Shown: positions 51,763-63,550, numbered from the whole stretch's first letter. The stretch: DNA of 63,930 nt, filler included, from Chiloscyllium plagiosum (GCF_004010195.1; 4 parts of one record of this genome joined end to end with filler, not necessarily neighbours in it), one strand, 5' to 3'. Numbers and translations are program-made. Notes: generated from the sequence alone by a model not told the origin.

Positions 51763-53488
51763 TAGTGCTACTATGTAATGTCAGTAGTGTAGTGATTGAT
51801 TATTTGTGAATGTGGTGCCAATCAAGTGGCTGCTTTTTCCTACATTGTGTAAAGCTTCTTGAGTGTAATACTTTGCATATTTCACCGGTTTGTCAGTTGC
51901 TTTCCCGATTCTACCTACAATGGTGGCATTCCTCTTGACCCCTTTTGGCATATATGTCACTTTGGTGCTCAACTGTGTGACTGTACTAATGTAGGAAAGT
52001 GTGAAGAATTCTATCACTGCCCTGACTTGTGTCCTGTACACGTTGAACAGGATCTGGGGAGAAAGGAGGTATGTTACTTGCAGCAGGCTTCCTAGCTTCT
52101 GACTTGGTCTTGTAGCCATTGTATTTATATGGGCGTGTCCAGTTCAGTTTCTGGTCAATTGTAACCCCCAGGATGTTTTTGATACTGGAGTGAGTTCAGT
52201 GGTAATAACACTATAGAGTGGCAAGGATCAGTGGTTACTTCATGGGAGATGGTCATTGCCTGGCATTTGACTGGTGCAATGTTATTGCCCCTTTTCAGTT
52301 TATGCCTGGATATTTTCCAGGTCTTACTGCATTTTGACATGAACTGCTTCAGTATCTGAGGAGTCTGAATAGCACTGAACAATGTGTGAACATCAGCAAA
52401 CATCTCCACTTCCAACCTGATGATGGAAGGAAGTTTACTGATGATGAAATTGAAGATGGTTGGGTTGAGGACTCGGTCGTGAGGAACTCCTGAGAGATTT
52501 TGTGGAACTGAACTGACTGATGTCTAACAATCACTACCATCTTATTTTGTGCCAGGTATTACTCCAACCAGCAGAAGATTTTTCCCTTGATTCCCATTGA
52601 TTCCAGTTTTTCTAGGGCACCTTGATGCCACACTCAATCAAATGCAGCCTTGGGCTGTCAATGGCTCTTACCTCACCTCTGGAAATTAGCTCTTTTGTCC
52701 ATGTTTGAACCAGGTCAAGAACTCTGTGGCCCTGGCAGAACCCATACTGAGCATCACTGAGCAGATTGTTGATGAGCAGGGGCTGCTTGATAGCACTGCT
52801 GATGACACCTTCCATCACTTTACTGATGACCAAGAGCAGACTGATGAGGTTATAATTGGCTGGGTTGGATTTGTCCTGCTTTTTGTGTACAGGACATAAC
52901 TGGGCAATTTTCCACATTTTTCGGTAGATGCCAGTGTTGTAACTGTACTGAAGAGCTTGCCTAATCGTGCAGTACGTTCTGGAAAAAAAACTTCAGTAAT
53001 ATTGCTGGAATGTTGTCATGGTCCATAGCCTTTGTAGTATCTTGCCTCCAACAGTTTCTTGAAATCGTGTGAGAGAATCAAATTGGCGTCTGTATTCCTC
53101 CATATTGAACAACGCCTGGAGGAAGCATTGAGGATGGCAAGGGGACCTTTGGATGAGACTGAGATGGATCATCCGCTCAGCATTTCTGACTGAAGACCGT
53201 TTAAAATGCTTCAGCTTTAATTCTCCCATGATGGGGGATGGGGAAGCTCCTTGTCCATTGATTTGTTTAATTGTCCACCACCATTCATGACTGGATGTGG
53301 CAGGACAGAACTTTTAGCTGTGAATTACTTAAACCCTATCACTTACTGCTTATGCTGTTCGGCATGCAAAATGTCCTGTTTGATGGCATCACCTGGTTTA
53401 TATCACATTTTTAGGTTTGCCTGGTGTTGCTCTTGACATGTCAGCCTCTCCTCTTCACCGATCCAGTGTTAATCTCCTAGCTTGATGA

Positions 53489-53768
53489 TAATGGTAGAGT
53501 GGCAAGCCATGACATTGCAGGGTGTGTTAGAGTATTATTCTGTTGCTGCTGATGGCCTACAGTGTCTCATGGATACCCAGCCTTGAGTTGCTAGATGTGT
53601 GGACTTGTTGGGCCGAAGGGCCTGTTTCCACACTGTAATGTAATCTAATCTAATCTAATCTAATGGTAGAGTGGCAAGCCATGACATTGCAGGGTGTGTT
53701 AGGGTATTATTCTGTTGCTGCTGATGGCCTACAGTGTCTCATGGATACCCAGCCTTGAGTTGCTAGAT
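53489..53768 (+). repeat. 108-bp direct duplication flanking a 64-bp HE1 SINE 3' end (53597-53660)
   Basis: 53489-53596 and 53661-53768 differ at one base. Confidence 0.92.
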
Positions 53769-54171
53769 CTGCTTGAGTTTAGCATTGATAGTGCCATGCA
53801 ACACGATGTAAGGTATTATCAATGCAAAGATAGGATTTCATCTCTACAAGGGCTGTGTGGTGGTCACCCTTACTGATATTGTCATGGACCGCTATTGCTG
53901 TTCCATTGTTGATGACGGACATTGAAATCCCCCACCCAGAGTATATTTTGCATCTTTGCCATCCTCAGTGCTTCTTCCAAGTGTTGTTCAAGATGGAGGA
54001 ATACTGATTCGTCAGCTGAAGGAGGACAGTACTCAGTAGGAGATTTTCTTGCCTATGTTTGACCCGATGCTATGAGACTCATCTGCAGGGTCTGTCCTGC
54101 CAGTGGGACAGGTCATATCCAAGGATGGTAATTGTGATGTCTGGGACATTGTCTGTAAGGTATGATCCACA

Positions 54172-54438
54172 ATCCAAAATCCACAAACCTGACTGCCCCG
54201 GCCGACCCATTGTCTCAGCCTGCTCCTGCCCCACTGAACTCATCTCTGCATACCTCGACACGGTCCTGTCCCCCTTAGTCCAAGAACTCCCCACCTACGT
54301 TCGGGACACCACCCATGCCCTCCACCTCCTCCATGATTTTCGCTTCCCCGGTCCCCAACGCCTTATTTTCACCATGGACAACCAGTCCCTGTACACCTCC
54401 ATCCCCCATCACGAAGGACTCAAAGCCCTCCACTTCTT
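54172..54438 (+). mobile_element. Neptune-like PLE reverse transcriptase fragment, cut by the gap
   Basis: KIHKPDCPGRPIVS...LPTYVRDT...IFTMDNQSLYTSIPH, open up to the gap. Confidence 0.9.
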
Positions 54439-54538
54439 NNNNNNNNNNNNNNNNNNNNNNNNNNNNNNNNNNNNNNNNNNNNTTAATTAATTAANNNNNN
54501 NNNNNNNNNNNNNNNNNNNNNNNNNNNNNNNNNNNNNN
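54439..54538. other. Assembly gap with artificial linker
   Basis: 44 N + TTAATTAATTAA + 44 N. Confidence 0.97.
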
Positions 54539-56084
54539 GTATCACTTCCTTTCCAAAGGTCCATCGTATCCTCTCCCAACCAGTGCCCCACCCTTGACCC
54601 AGGTGCTCCTCAATAGGATGAGGAAAATTCAAATATACTACAGAGCTCGAGTTAACAGTGAGCACCATACCCCCACCCCCCCACCCACACCAACACCTGG
54701 ATATATTTCGTAATGTTAATACCATCTATAAACATATATAACTATAAAATTAGAACCTCAATAAGTAATAATTAAATATAATAATACAAAATAACAAGGG
54801 AAAACAACCCCGCTCCTCGAGACAGAGATAAAATAGAATAATGTAACCACCTCCCCCCACCAACATTAACTAGACCTCCCGGCCTATATACAGATAGAAT
54901 AAAAAAAAATAAGGGGGGGAGAAAATCGTTAAGTAGAGAACAAATAAATAAATCCCTCTCCCCACCCCCCAAGATAATATTAAACAGTAAGGTAAAAAAA
55001 GAAAAGGGGGGGATATAAACTGGAGTGGGGGGAAGGCAAACCAACATCAATCATCTCTTACAATTTATCTAAGAGAGTACAAAAATTCCTTAGCCTTTTC
55101 CGGCGATCCGAAGTTATACACGGATCCTTCATGGTTAAAGCATAGCGTCGCTGGGTAGCATAAGGTGTACTGAATATTTAAGTCCCTTAAACACTTCTTC
55201 GCCTCATCGAATGCCTTCCTCTTTCGGACCAGAAAAGTCCTGGAATAACATGATCTTGGAACCTTTATAAATCATGGCTTGGGGATCTTTTCCAAGATTT
55301 CTAGAGGCTTCTAGGAGTATCTGCCTCTCCTTACAGCTCTGCCGCCGGAACAGGACCGGGCGGGGGCGCTGGTTCGAGCCGGGCCCGCGTATTGTAACCC
55401 GGTAGGCCCATTCCACCCTTACCTGGCCTGATCCAGCTTCCAAATTTAAAAGCTGTGGCAGCCACTGTTCGAGAAACACTGTAAGCTGGCCTTCCTCTTC
55501 CTGTTCGGGAAGGCCCAGCAAATGAATATTTTTTCGATGACCTCGATTCTCAAGGTCGTCAATGTGGTTCTCTAAGGTCCGGACTCGCTGTTCGAGAGTC
55601 CGGACCCGATCCATGGCCGATTACGCTGTACTTTCGGAGGTCGCAGCCTTTAGCTCCGCCCCTCCGACTCTGTGCTCAATTTCCTTAATGTCTCAGTTGT
55701 GCTTTTGCAGCGCGGCCAAGAGTGAGTCCCATTGACTTCGAGATTCTTCAATAAAAGCGTCGATCTTCGCATCCAGTTTAGAGATGATTTCCACGAGGCT
55801 CGCCACTGTAGGTAAGTCCCCTGGGGCAGCTGCGTATGCCTCTGCTGCAGCTGGAGAGGGTGGGGGAGGGGTTCCTGCTTGCTGAGAGCTGTGGGCTCCC
55901 TTCCCTTTAGTCATTTTTACTGAATATTAAATTGTTTAAATTCAATACTAAACAACTAATTAGATTAAACAGCTATTTTAAATGATTTGGTGAGTGTGGT
56001 GGGGGTGGGTGACCCACTTTGCCCAAGTCTTGGGAGGAGCACTGTAGACTCAGACTTGCTGAGTCGCCGCCAACTTGGATCCCC
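54539..56084 (-). mobile_element. L1-clade LINE 5' end: 5' UTR, disrupted ORF1 (55065-55914), inter-ORF region
   Basis: Starts GGGGATCCAAGTTGGCGGCG; coiled coil plus DDLENRGHRKNIHLLGLPEQEE...RPRPVLFR...IMLFQDFS (L1 ORF1p); frameshifts. Confidence 0.88.
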
Positions 56085-57724
56085 AGGTCTCTTTCATTTT
56101 TGATGCTATGCATTCCCAATTTCACTCAACAGTCTTCATCACTAAGAGAATGATTAAGAACACACACACCTTTCCTATGGCACAAGGACTACCAGTGCTT
56201 CTCTGAAGCACAGAAATAGTCAGTATTGGAAATATCGAACTTAAGATTATATGAATCCTTTACTTCTTCTCCACATTACTTCAGGCCCAACTGTCAAGCC
56301 GAATGTCTGATTAACACAGTCAAATGTAAACAAATGAAGTCCTTCAAGGTGAACTCTCTTAAAGTCAAGGTACACATACAATAGCATACAAATAATTAAA
56401 TGTAATGCATTTAGTTACATACAATTAAATGTAATCCTCAAATGTAAGCAGATCAAGCAAGATGCATACATTCAATGGTTTTTTTGAGGGCAAGGCACCT
56501 GACTGCAATCACTCTATCTCTGGCAGACTTTATATTTGGCAAATTAATGCATATCAATTTAGTAACCCAAATGCATTTTTTGAAATTTGACAGCTTGTAA
56601 AGGAGAAGGTGACTAAGGTGCACAATAAAAATCAGCTTACAAATTTTCCAAAATTACCCATAGGACAACACCTTGGTATTCAGGATCCCACAGAAAGTAT
56701 ATGGCAATCAGCTGACATGGCAAAAATGTGCTTTGAATCAAGATCTCATGAGGTCCATGTATATTCTGATACAGTGGAGAGCTGGAACTCAGGATGAAAT
56801 AAGGCTTTTCGAGTTTTCCAACAACCTGCCTGTCCTGATGCATTACATAATAAATCCAAAACACAAACAGGAAAGACAGTCACTAATTACTGCAGCTAAT
56901 CTAAGGTACCTGCTGACAAAGTTGCCATTGTGAGATCTGGATGTATCAGTAAATTCCATATATCTTGTAGAGTCTCAGGCTCAATTGTTTTCAGAAACAG
57001 TTTTGGAAAGGATGTTGCATATGTACTCCACTCTTCAGAAAGTTCAACTTTAAGGACTCCATGAGCTGTGTGTACTATGCTGTGACTGCAAATCAGTCTG
57101 CTGTGTGCGTTAGCTGAGAAATTAGCCTATATGCTACAACATCTGCTTCATAACTTCTAACAGTGTCTTCCTCTTTGAAATAAACTAACCTATGAAGTCA
57201 ATCAATCTCTGATGAATGATTTGTAACAAAACAATCATCAATAATATAACAGAAGTGTAGAATGAGGTAACACCCTCAAAGTGGTAGAAAACACCAGAGA
57301 AGTAGAAAAGACAGCAAAAACTGACATTTGATGAACATCATCATCATCATGATTGGATAAGTGCATGGTGGACAACAAAACTAGGTAAGTAAGGTGCAAG
57401 ATGTAATCGCCCTAAGCCAAGGTCATGATGTTCTAGAAGGCTAAGAACTGGAGTAGGCAATTTAGCACTTTGAGTTTGCTCTACCATTCAACGAAAGCAA
57501 CACCTGCAACCCAATTCCAGATGCAAGACCTTTCTCCATATCTCTTAATATCTATGTTTGATCGATCAAATTGCTAAAACTAACAATGAATCTAGCTTCA
57601 CTTGTTGTGAAACAGATGTTCTGGAAGGATATGCAGAAGTGGACAGTGATTTTTGATTTTCTGACAGAGTTCATGGGGTCAGTAGTAAGAGACATGAGTG
57701 GAAAGGGAATGAGTTCAGCAAAAT

Positions 57725-58986
57725 TGGCATGATTTCTGTACTCAGTAAAGGTCTTAGTTTTGTTACTCTGTGCCCCAACATTAATGAACTTCAGGCAGGG
57801 CATGATATTGAACTCTACTTCTGTCGCATTCATCTCTGTGCCCATTTATTGGACAAGAGTTCTCTTCCAATCCCACAGACCCCTTCACCTGCCTCTAAAA
57901 CTCTCCCTCCACTGGGAACTCTCCCTCAACTTTTTATCTGCACTTAACCTGTTTATCGAGAACAATGTGACTTTGGTAATTTCTCTGCCCTTCACTTTCA
58001 TTTGAATTTATCCCTCTCTGAACTGGCTGTACTCCCTACTGTCAGATCCAACCCTGACATTGTGGTCAAGCCTGCTGACAAGGGTGGTGCTGTTGTTGTC
58101 AGATGCATTGACCTCTACATTGCAGAGTCTGAGTGCTCAGTCTTGGGCTCCTCCTCCTATCTCCATCTGGACCATGACCCAACCATTGACCATCAGGCCA
58201 CCCTGTCCACAAAAATCACTAATCCCATCTTATCTGGTGATCTCCCCTTCACTGCCTTCAATCCTTCACAGCCTTCTTCTACCTCCTTCCCAAAACTCAC
58301 AAAGAGGATTGCCTGGCAAACCCATTGTTTCTGCCCGTTTCTGCCCCTCAGAAGTCATCTCTTCCTATCTTGGCTGGATATTCTTTTCCATTGACAAATC
58401 TCTTCCCACTTACATCTGGGGTTCTTCTGTCACTTTATGAAAGTTTCAGAATTCCCAATTTGTGGGCTCCAGCCACCTCCTCTTTACCATGGACATGCAA
58501 TCCCTTTACATGTTCATCCCCCATCAAGGTGGTCTCTGGGCTTGCCATTTCTCCTAAAGAACAGGCCTGAACTATCTCTATGTGGCACCGCCCTCCTTTG
58601 CTTGGCTGAGTGCATATATGCTGCTCACAATGTGTTCTCCTCTACGCTGGGGAGATGAAAGCAGACTAGGGGGCGATTGCTTTGTGGAATACCTACCTAC
58701 ATTCTGCCCACAAAAATTATTCTGAACTTTCTGTTGCCTGTCACTTCCTCACTCTAAGAAAAATTTCTTTTAACTGATCTCAGTTTCTTCAGGTCAAAGA
58801 GGTGGCCATGGATACCTGCATGGTCCCTAGTTATGCCTATCTCTTTGTGGGTGCCTGGGACATTCTTTGTTCTAGTCCTACTATGGCTATCACCCATAAT
58901 TCTTTCTCTGGTACATCAATGATATAATCTGTGCTGCTTCCTTCTCTCGCCTGGAATTTAAAAAGTTTATCAATTTCACGTCCAAC
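57725..58986 (+). mobile_element. Degenerate Neptune-like PLE RT region
   Basis: SVLSKGLSF, NPDIVVKPADKGGAVVV (PLE DKG motif), PGKPIVS, LFTMDMQSL, FLQVKEVAM. Confidence 0.85.
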
Positions 58987-59676
58987 TTCTATAGGTATGT
59001 TAGGTTCTATAGGTATGTTAGGAATAAAAGAATGACTAGGGTAGGAATAGGTCCAGTCAAGGATAGTAGTGGGAAGTTGCGTGGGGAGGCACTGAATGAA
59101 TACTTTTCTTCAGTATTTACTCAGGAACCAGGGCATTGTCGTCGATGTGAATACTGAGTCACAAATAAGTAGAATGGATGGCTTTGAGGTATGTAGAGAA
59201 GAGGTGTTGGAAATCCTGGAAAAGGTGAAAATAGATAAGTCCCCAGGGCCTGATGGCATTTATCCTAGGATTCTCTGACAAGCAAGGGAGGAGATTGCAG
59301 AGCCATTGGCCTTGATTTTTATGTCCTCTTTGTCTACAGGAGTAGTCCCAGAAGACTGGAGGATAGCAAATGTGGTCCCCTTGTCCAAAAAGGGGAGTAG
59401 GGATAACCCTAGTAACTATAGGCCGGTGAGTCTCACTTCTGTTGTGGGCAAAATCATGGAGAGAATTGTAAGGGATAGGATTTATGAACATCTGGATAGG
59501 AATAATGTGATCAAGGATAGTCAGCATGGTTTTGTGAAGGGCAAGTCGTGCCTCACAAACCTTATTGAATTCTTTGAAAAGGTGACGAAGGAGGTTGATG
59601 AGGGGAAAGCGGTAGATGTGGTATATATGGATTTTAGTAAGGCGTTTGATAAGGTTCCCCATGGTAGACGACTGCA
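58987..59676 (+). mobile_element. CR1 ORF2 fragment, cut by the gap
   Basis: KSPGPDGIYPRIL...NYRPVSLTS...YMDFSKAFDKVPH; 18-bp tandem duplication at the 5' junction (58987-59022). Confidence 0.92.
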
Positions 59677-59776
59677 NNNNNNNNNNNNNNNNNNNNNNNN
59701 NNNNNNNNNNNNNNNNNNNNTTAATTAATTAANNNNNNNNNNNNNNNNNNNNNNNNNNNNNNNNNNNNNNNNNNNN
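59677..59776. other. Assembly gap with artificial linker
   Basis: 44 N + TTAATTAATTAA + 44 N. Confidence 0.97.
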
Positions 59777-60040
59777 GGACTTGTCCGACCTGCCCAGCTC
59801 CTTTTCCACCTATCCACTCCACCCTCTCCTCCCTGACCTATCACCTTCATCTCCTCCCCACTGACCTATTGTACTCTATGCTACTCTATCCCCACCCCCA
59901 CTCTCCTTTAGCTTATCTCTCCACGCTTCAGGCTCTCTGCCTTTATTCCTGATGAAGTGCTTTTGCCCGAAACGTTGATTTGGCCTGTCCTCGGATGCTG
60001 CCTGACCTGCTGTGCTCTTCCAGCACCACTAATCCAGAAT
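59777..60040 (+). mobile_element. PLE 3' UTR with family-A-like hammerhead
   Basis: C/T-rich UTR similar to 63270-63450, then CTGATGA-A-GTGC TTTT GCCC-GAAA-CGTT starting at 59949. Confidence 0.8.
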
Positions 60041-60350
60041 GTGGCACCAGAGGGGCAAAACACCATCCTGGAGTCTCTCCTGTATATGCACAAACACCTG
60101 TCTGTTCCCCTTACAATTGAATCCCCACTAGACCTCTCGTTTCTTTTTCCTTCTCTCTTATGCAGACCCACCCAAAATACCATGAAGTTGGCCACCACGG
60201 CTTTCCCCTGCACAGTCACCTCTACAAATTGTATCCAAAGTGGTATATCTCTTAAAAAGGAAGATAGCCACAGAGGACTTCTACATTACCTGCCTCCTGT
60301 ACTTTGCCCGGTTGTTCTCCCTGCCCCTTCTGCCTGTTCAGTCTTCACCT
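60040..60350 (-). mobile_element. CR1 ORF1 esterase N-terminal remnant
   Basis: GDSIVRGTDR...RDSRMVFCPSGA in ORF 59908-60219(-). Confidence 0.75.
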
Positions 60351-60943
60351 GCATGAACAAAGTTAACGGTTAAAGTCTGAAATGATCTTTAGAACTTCAG
60401 TTCTAGCATCTGCAGTACTTTGTTTTTATTTGGGTTACCCTCGTATGTATTGCTTACCCAGATTTCCCTGCTGCTAGCATCTGACTGACAAAATGGAATA
60501 AATCGTGGCTTGGTACAGTCGTGTAAATTAAGTTTGTAGCCTATTTTACATCAGTTCTGATTTTATTTCCCCTGTGACTTCACCAGTGAATATCCTTTGT
60601 TTTATGACAACTTATTTCTTCTAAGAGTAATGTTATGTTTCTGAAAATATTTCAAGATTATTATTGTATATATTGCGTCAACTCCCTACATTACAGTGAT
60701 TTATACAAGACAGAACTCTGTTTTGATGCATACTTAAGCTGGAAACAACAGCATTTTGCATCTGAGTTTGATTTGAAGTTTTTTTTACATTTGTCTGTAA
60801 TTATCTATTCTGACTTTATATGTAGCACATTGTACAGGAGTCTTTACTGTACCATTTATTGTACTTGTGAGAATGTTTGTGTGTTTTTAAAGGAGGGAAA
60901 CCAATATTATTTTAAAAACAAACATCGGAAATTACACATTAGT

Positions 60944-61254
60944 GGGCGGCAGGGTGGCACAGTGGTTAGCACTGCTGCCTCACAGCGCCAGAGACCCGAG
61001 TTCAATTCCCGCCTCAGGCGACTGACTGTGTGGAGTTTGCACGTTCTCCCTGTGTCTGCGTGGGTTTCCTCCGGGTGCTCCGGTTTCCTCCCACAGTCCA
61101 AAGATGTGCAGGTCAGGTGAATTGGCCATGCTAAATTGCCCGTAGTGTCAGATAAGGGGTAAATGTAGGGGTATGTGGGTTGCGCTTCGGCGGGGCGGTG
61201 TGGACTTGTTGGGCCGAAGGGCCTGTTTCCATACTGTAAGTAATCTAATCTAAT
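60944..61254 (+). mobile_element. HE1-type V-SINE, full length
   Basis: tRNA-like head (TGGCACAGTGG; GAGTTCAATTCC), central domain, tail gggccgaagggcctgtttcc shared with CR1 3' ends, (taatc)n. Confidence 0.92.
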
Positions 61255-62026
61255 TGTTTCACTAGTACAAAATTCAAGTTTATTGTCACATCAGATTCTT
61301 GTGTGACATTGCTATTTTTACTGCAGTCAATAGTATAATCACTGAAAACATTCAATTCATCACAGTGTGATGTGCATTCTGTATGTCAAATGAAATCATT
61401 TTTTTCAAGAACTAAGATACCTGGTCGAGAAATTTTGCAACTGAAGCAATAGGTCGTGAATGAAGGTGACAGACATTGAGCACTAAGGATCAGGTTTTCA
61501 ATTAAAGAATGAGAAAGCACACCTATTCTGCAGACTCTGCATATTCATGTTACTTCTAGCAATTTATGCATTAGGATTTGAAGCAATGTTGCCTGCATGC
61601 AATGACTGAATTACAGTTAGAATGTAAATTACAAAAACTGTTCTCCAGATAAAATTTCACCAGCAGTGCAAATTATTTTTAGTTAAAAGGGAACAAATCG
61701 GAAAGAGAAAAATAAAGATTATGCTGAATCTTATGACTTTTAGCTGAGTGTCAGCTTTGTTGAGTTTCATGGATGGTTTCTCTGTACAGAGCCTAGAAAA
61801 TTGACTCACCATATCTTAATAAACTTCATTGCCTATCTACCCTGTCTCTTTGCCTCCCTTCACATCTGATTCTAGCTCCTTTCTACCTGAAACAAGTCAC
61901 TGCCTGGATATCCCAGAATGGACTGGCATCCTTGGCACTGGTGCCATCTTTGAAAGATAATTGTACACCCGGATGGGTATGGCTAGTCTGGAGCTGCCTT
62001 GCACATTTCCTGACATTTGCTCGGAC

Positions 62027-62250
62027 ATGGTAGACAAGGGAAATTTATCACCTCTCTTTGTGGGCACAGACCTGGAGGTCCTGGTGGATGGAGTGGTGCA
62101 GTGGCAGGATGTCCTTTTCCCCCAGGACCAAATGAGGCCACAACACCAAACCATGCCAGCCTTTCCAAGGTTGTCACCTACATCCATCCAGTCTCAGCCA
62201 TTTGGAGGAACGTTCAGCACCGTAAGAAGGTCAATGGCCTTCTGCACACT
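62027..62250 (+). mobile_element. Degenerate Myb/SANT-like ORF, probably from a PIF/Harbinger transposon
   Basis: PLFVGTDLEVLVDGVVQWQDVLFP...TMPAF, frameshift, SKVVTYIHPVSAIWRNVQHRKKVNGL fits the Myb_DNA-bind_5 pattern. Confidence 0.6.
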
Positions 62251-62899
62251 GTCAGCATCATCTCTCCAATACCTCAAACTCTTAGAGTCATACAGACCAG
62301 AAAAAAGATCCTTTGGCCCATGGACTGTGATGGTCAAAAAAAACACCTTACTATTCTAATCCCATTTTCCAGCATTTGGCCCTTGGTCTTGTATGCCTTG
62401 CTGTTGCAAGTGTACAAATAAATACTTCTTAAATCCTATTGGGATTTCAGCTTCTACCACCCTTACAGCTTGTGAGTTCTCACCACTCATTCTATCTCTG
62501 CTACCCTACCTTCCTCCTTCTATGGTTCATGCTTTACCACTCTCACCATTACCTCCAATATAATTCCCTCATTGGCGTTTACCTCGCCAAATCAATACTA
62601 CCACCCTGCATGCCTTCTGCACTGCCTATTCACTCACCCAGGATATCTCACCAGCAATAGTAGCACTGCCATCCACTTTCTTCTCCTTCAGTATCTCCCT
62701 TTCTTTCATGTCAAGAAAAAAATGCCCACAGTAGGGCAGATAGAGCTCTGGTGCAAGGTGGACTGTTTTGACTCTTCACCCCTTGTGAGGAGAGGTTCCT
62801 GACTCTGACCAACTCAAAACAGCCCAAAGTCCTGGACTCATCATCTTCAAGTCACCTTCAAAGATTTTCGAGCTTACACTCCCTTTATTCTTCCACATC

Positions 62900-63550
62900 T
62901 GACAGAGATTTTCCTGCGCATCCAAACACCTCATCTACTGTATCCGTTGCTCTCGATGTGGTCTCCTCTACATTGGGGATATAGGACACCAATTCGAGGA
63001 ATGTTTCACAGAACATCTCTGGGACACATGCAGCAAATAACCCCATCGCCCTGTGGCCGACCACTTAAACACCCCCTCCCACTCTGCCAAGGACATGCAA
63101 GTCCTGGGCCTCCTCCATTGCCAAATCCTAGCCACCCAAGACCTGAAGGAAAATGCCTCATCTTCCACCGTAGCACCTTCCAACCACATGGCATCAATGT
63201 CAATTTCACCAGTTTCCTCATCTTCCCTCACCTGACCTCATCCCAGATCCAACCTCAAACTCAGCACCTCGCTTTGAACTGTCCCACTTGTCCATCTTCC
63301 ATCCCACCTATCCACTCCACCCTCTGCTTGGACCAATCATCATCACCACCCTCCGCCCCCAACCACCTGCATTCACCTATTGCCTTCCCAGCTAACTTCC
63401 ACTCAGTCCCACCCCACCCTCCTATTTATCTCTCAGCTCCCCCCCTCCCCACATTCTTGATGAAGGGCTTATGCCCAAAAAAGTTGATTCTCCTGCTCCT
63501 TGGATGCTGCCTGACCTGCTGTGCTTTTCTAGCACCACACATTTTGACTA
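62900..63550 (+). mobile_element. Neptune-like PLE 3' part: GIY-YIG, 3' UTR, degenerate family-A hammerhead tail
   Basis: QRFSCASKHLIYCIRCSRCGLLYIG; PSHSAKDMQVLGL; QPHGINVNF; tail from 63453 matches the mini-elements. Confidence 0.88.

Larger units (their letters stand above)
50790..54165 (-). mobile_element. CR1/L2-group LINE (family B), long degenerate copy with nested insertions
   Basis: ORF 52612-52917(-) WKIAQLCPVHKKQDKSNPANY.LISLL...QYGF; FADV at 52415(-); 3' tail at about 50790. Confidence 0.82.

Noticed and set aside
56985..57055. Possible next exon (tttcag|aaacagttttggaa, ETVLE)
   Set aside because: In-frame TAA after about 19 codons and no RASGRF2 similarity beyond VLE.
28660..59776. 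TTAATTAATTAA repeated three times between N runs
   Set aside because: Identical 44N+12+44N layout with stops in all six frames marks an artificial gap linker. True gap size and contiguity are unknown.
40428..61254. tRNA genes at A/B-box sequences
   Set aside because: They are SINE heads continuing into SINE bodies; no complete cloverleaf seen.
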